Shown piece by piece: positions 63,852-64,000 of a stretch of 64,000 bases of DNA. Each line of letters starts with the position of its first letter. Position 1 is the first letter of the stretch. The stretch spans positions 19,316-83,315 of the forward strand of contig CACJKA010000001.1 of assembly GCA_902593945.1 (NCBI GenBank). The letters run 5' to 3'. Both the position numbers and the translations under genes were made by a program. The DNA is from an uncultured Candidatus Poseidoniales archaeon. GTDB taxonomy: Archaea > Thermoplasmatota > Poseidoniia > Poseidoniales > Thalassarchaeaceae. The notes beneath the pieces are model-generated. The model worked only from the letters and a program-made list of their open reading frames with translations, did no database searches and was not told where the DNA came from.

Positions 63852-64000
63852 CTAATTAGCCTCCATAGTATCAGCAATTTGTTTATTCATTGCCTCTAAC
63901 ATCTCATCAATCTTATCTTCATAACCTGATTCGAACCTTCCTCTCATTAGGTCTGTACGAGCAGGGATATTGACTACATCCTCTAATGCAGCACCTCCTG
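63852..64000 (-). CDS. atpA: A/V-type ATP synthase subunit A, C-terminal fragment (window edge)
   Basis: Open frame ...GGAALEDVVNIPARTDLMRGRFESGYEDKIDEMLEAMNKQIADTMEAN* ending just upstream of atpB; assignment rests mainly on canonical A-B-D order. Confidence 0.75.
   Translation of the reverse strand, partial: GGAALEDVVNIPARTDLMRGRFESGYEDKIDEMLEAMNKQIADTMEAN

Overview
Gene-dense, AT-rich archaeal chromosome segment. Archaeal information genes (rpl10e/uL16, rps6e, aIF2-gamma, NMD3, Dph2, Cdc6/Orc1, A-type ATP synthase B/D) sit with bacterial-type genes (gyrBA, mutSL, rmuC, class II HMG-CoA reductase, nadB) and giant secreted S8 and PKD/metallo-peptidases. This mix suggests Marine Group II Euryarchaeota (Ca. 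Poseidoniales; inference). It is mostly core genome: one tRNA-Ser(GCT), and no rRNA, CRISPR array or recognisable mobile element. The most notable signal is an intergenic array of TTAACG(C) motifs at about 11-bp spacing (49361-49517). It lies directly upstream of an uncharacterised degenerate AAA+ / acidic-linker / winged-helix protein, between a canonical cdc6 and smc-scpA-scpB, and is a candidate origin, partition/SMC-loading site or operator system. Also notable: two small ORFs missing from the ORF track (a CcmD-like peptide behind a CcmA-CcmB fusion plus CcmC, and a Cys-rich microprotein after sufCBD), a rhomboid plus S8 protease pair that both end in Zn-ribbon-like tails, a catalytically dead-looking M50 homologue, and a perfect hairpin upstream of gyrB. 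All assignments come from motif recognition only; no database searches were run.
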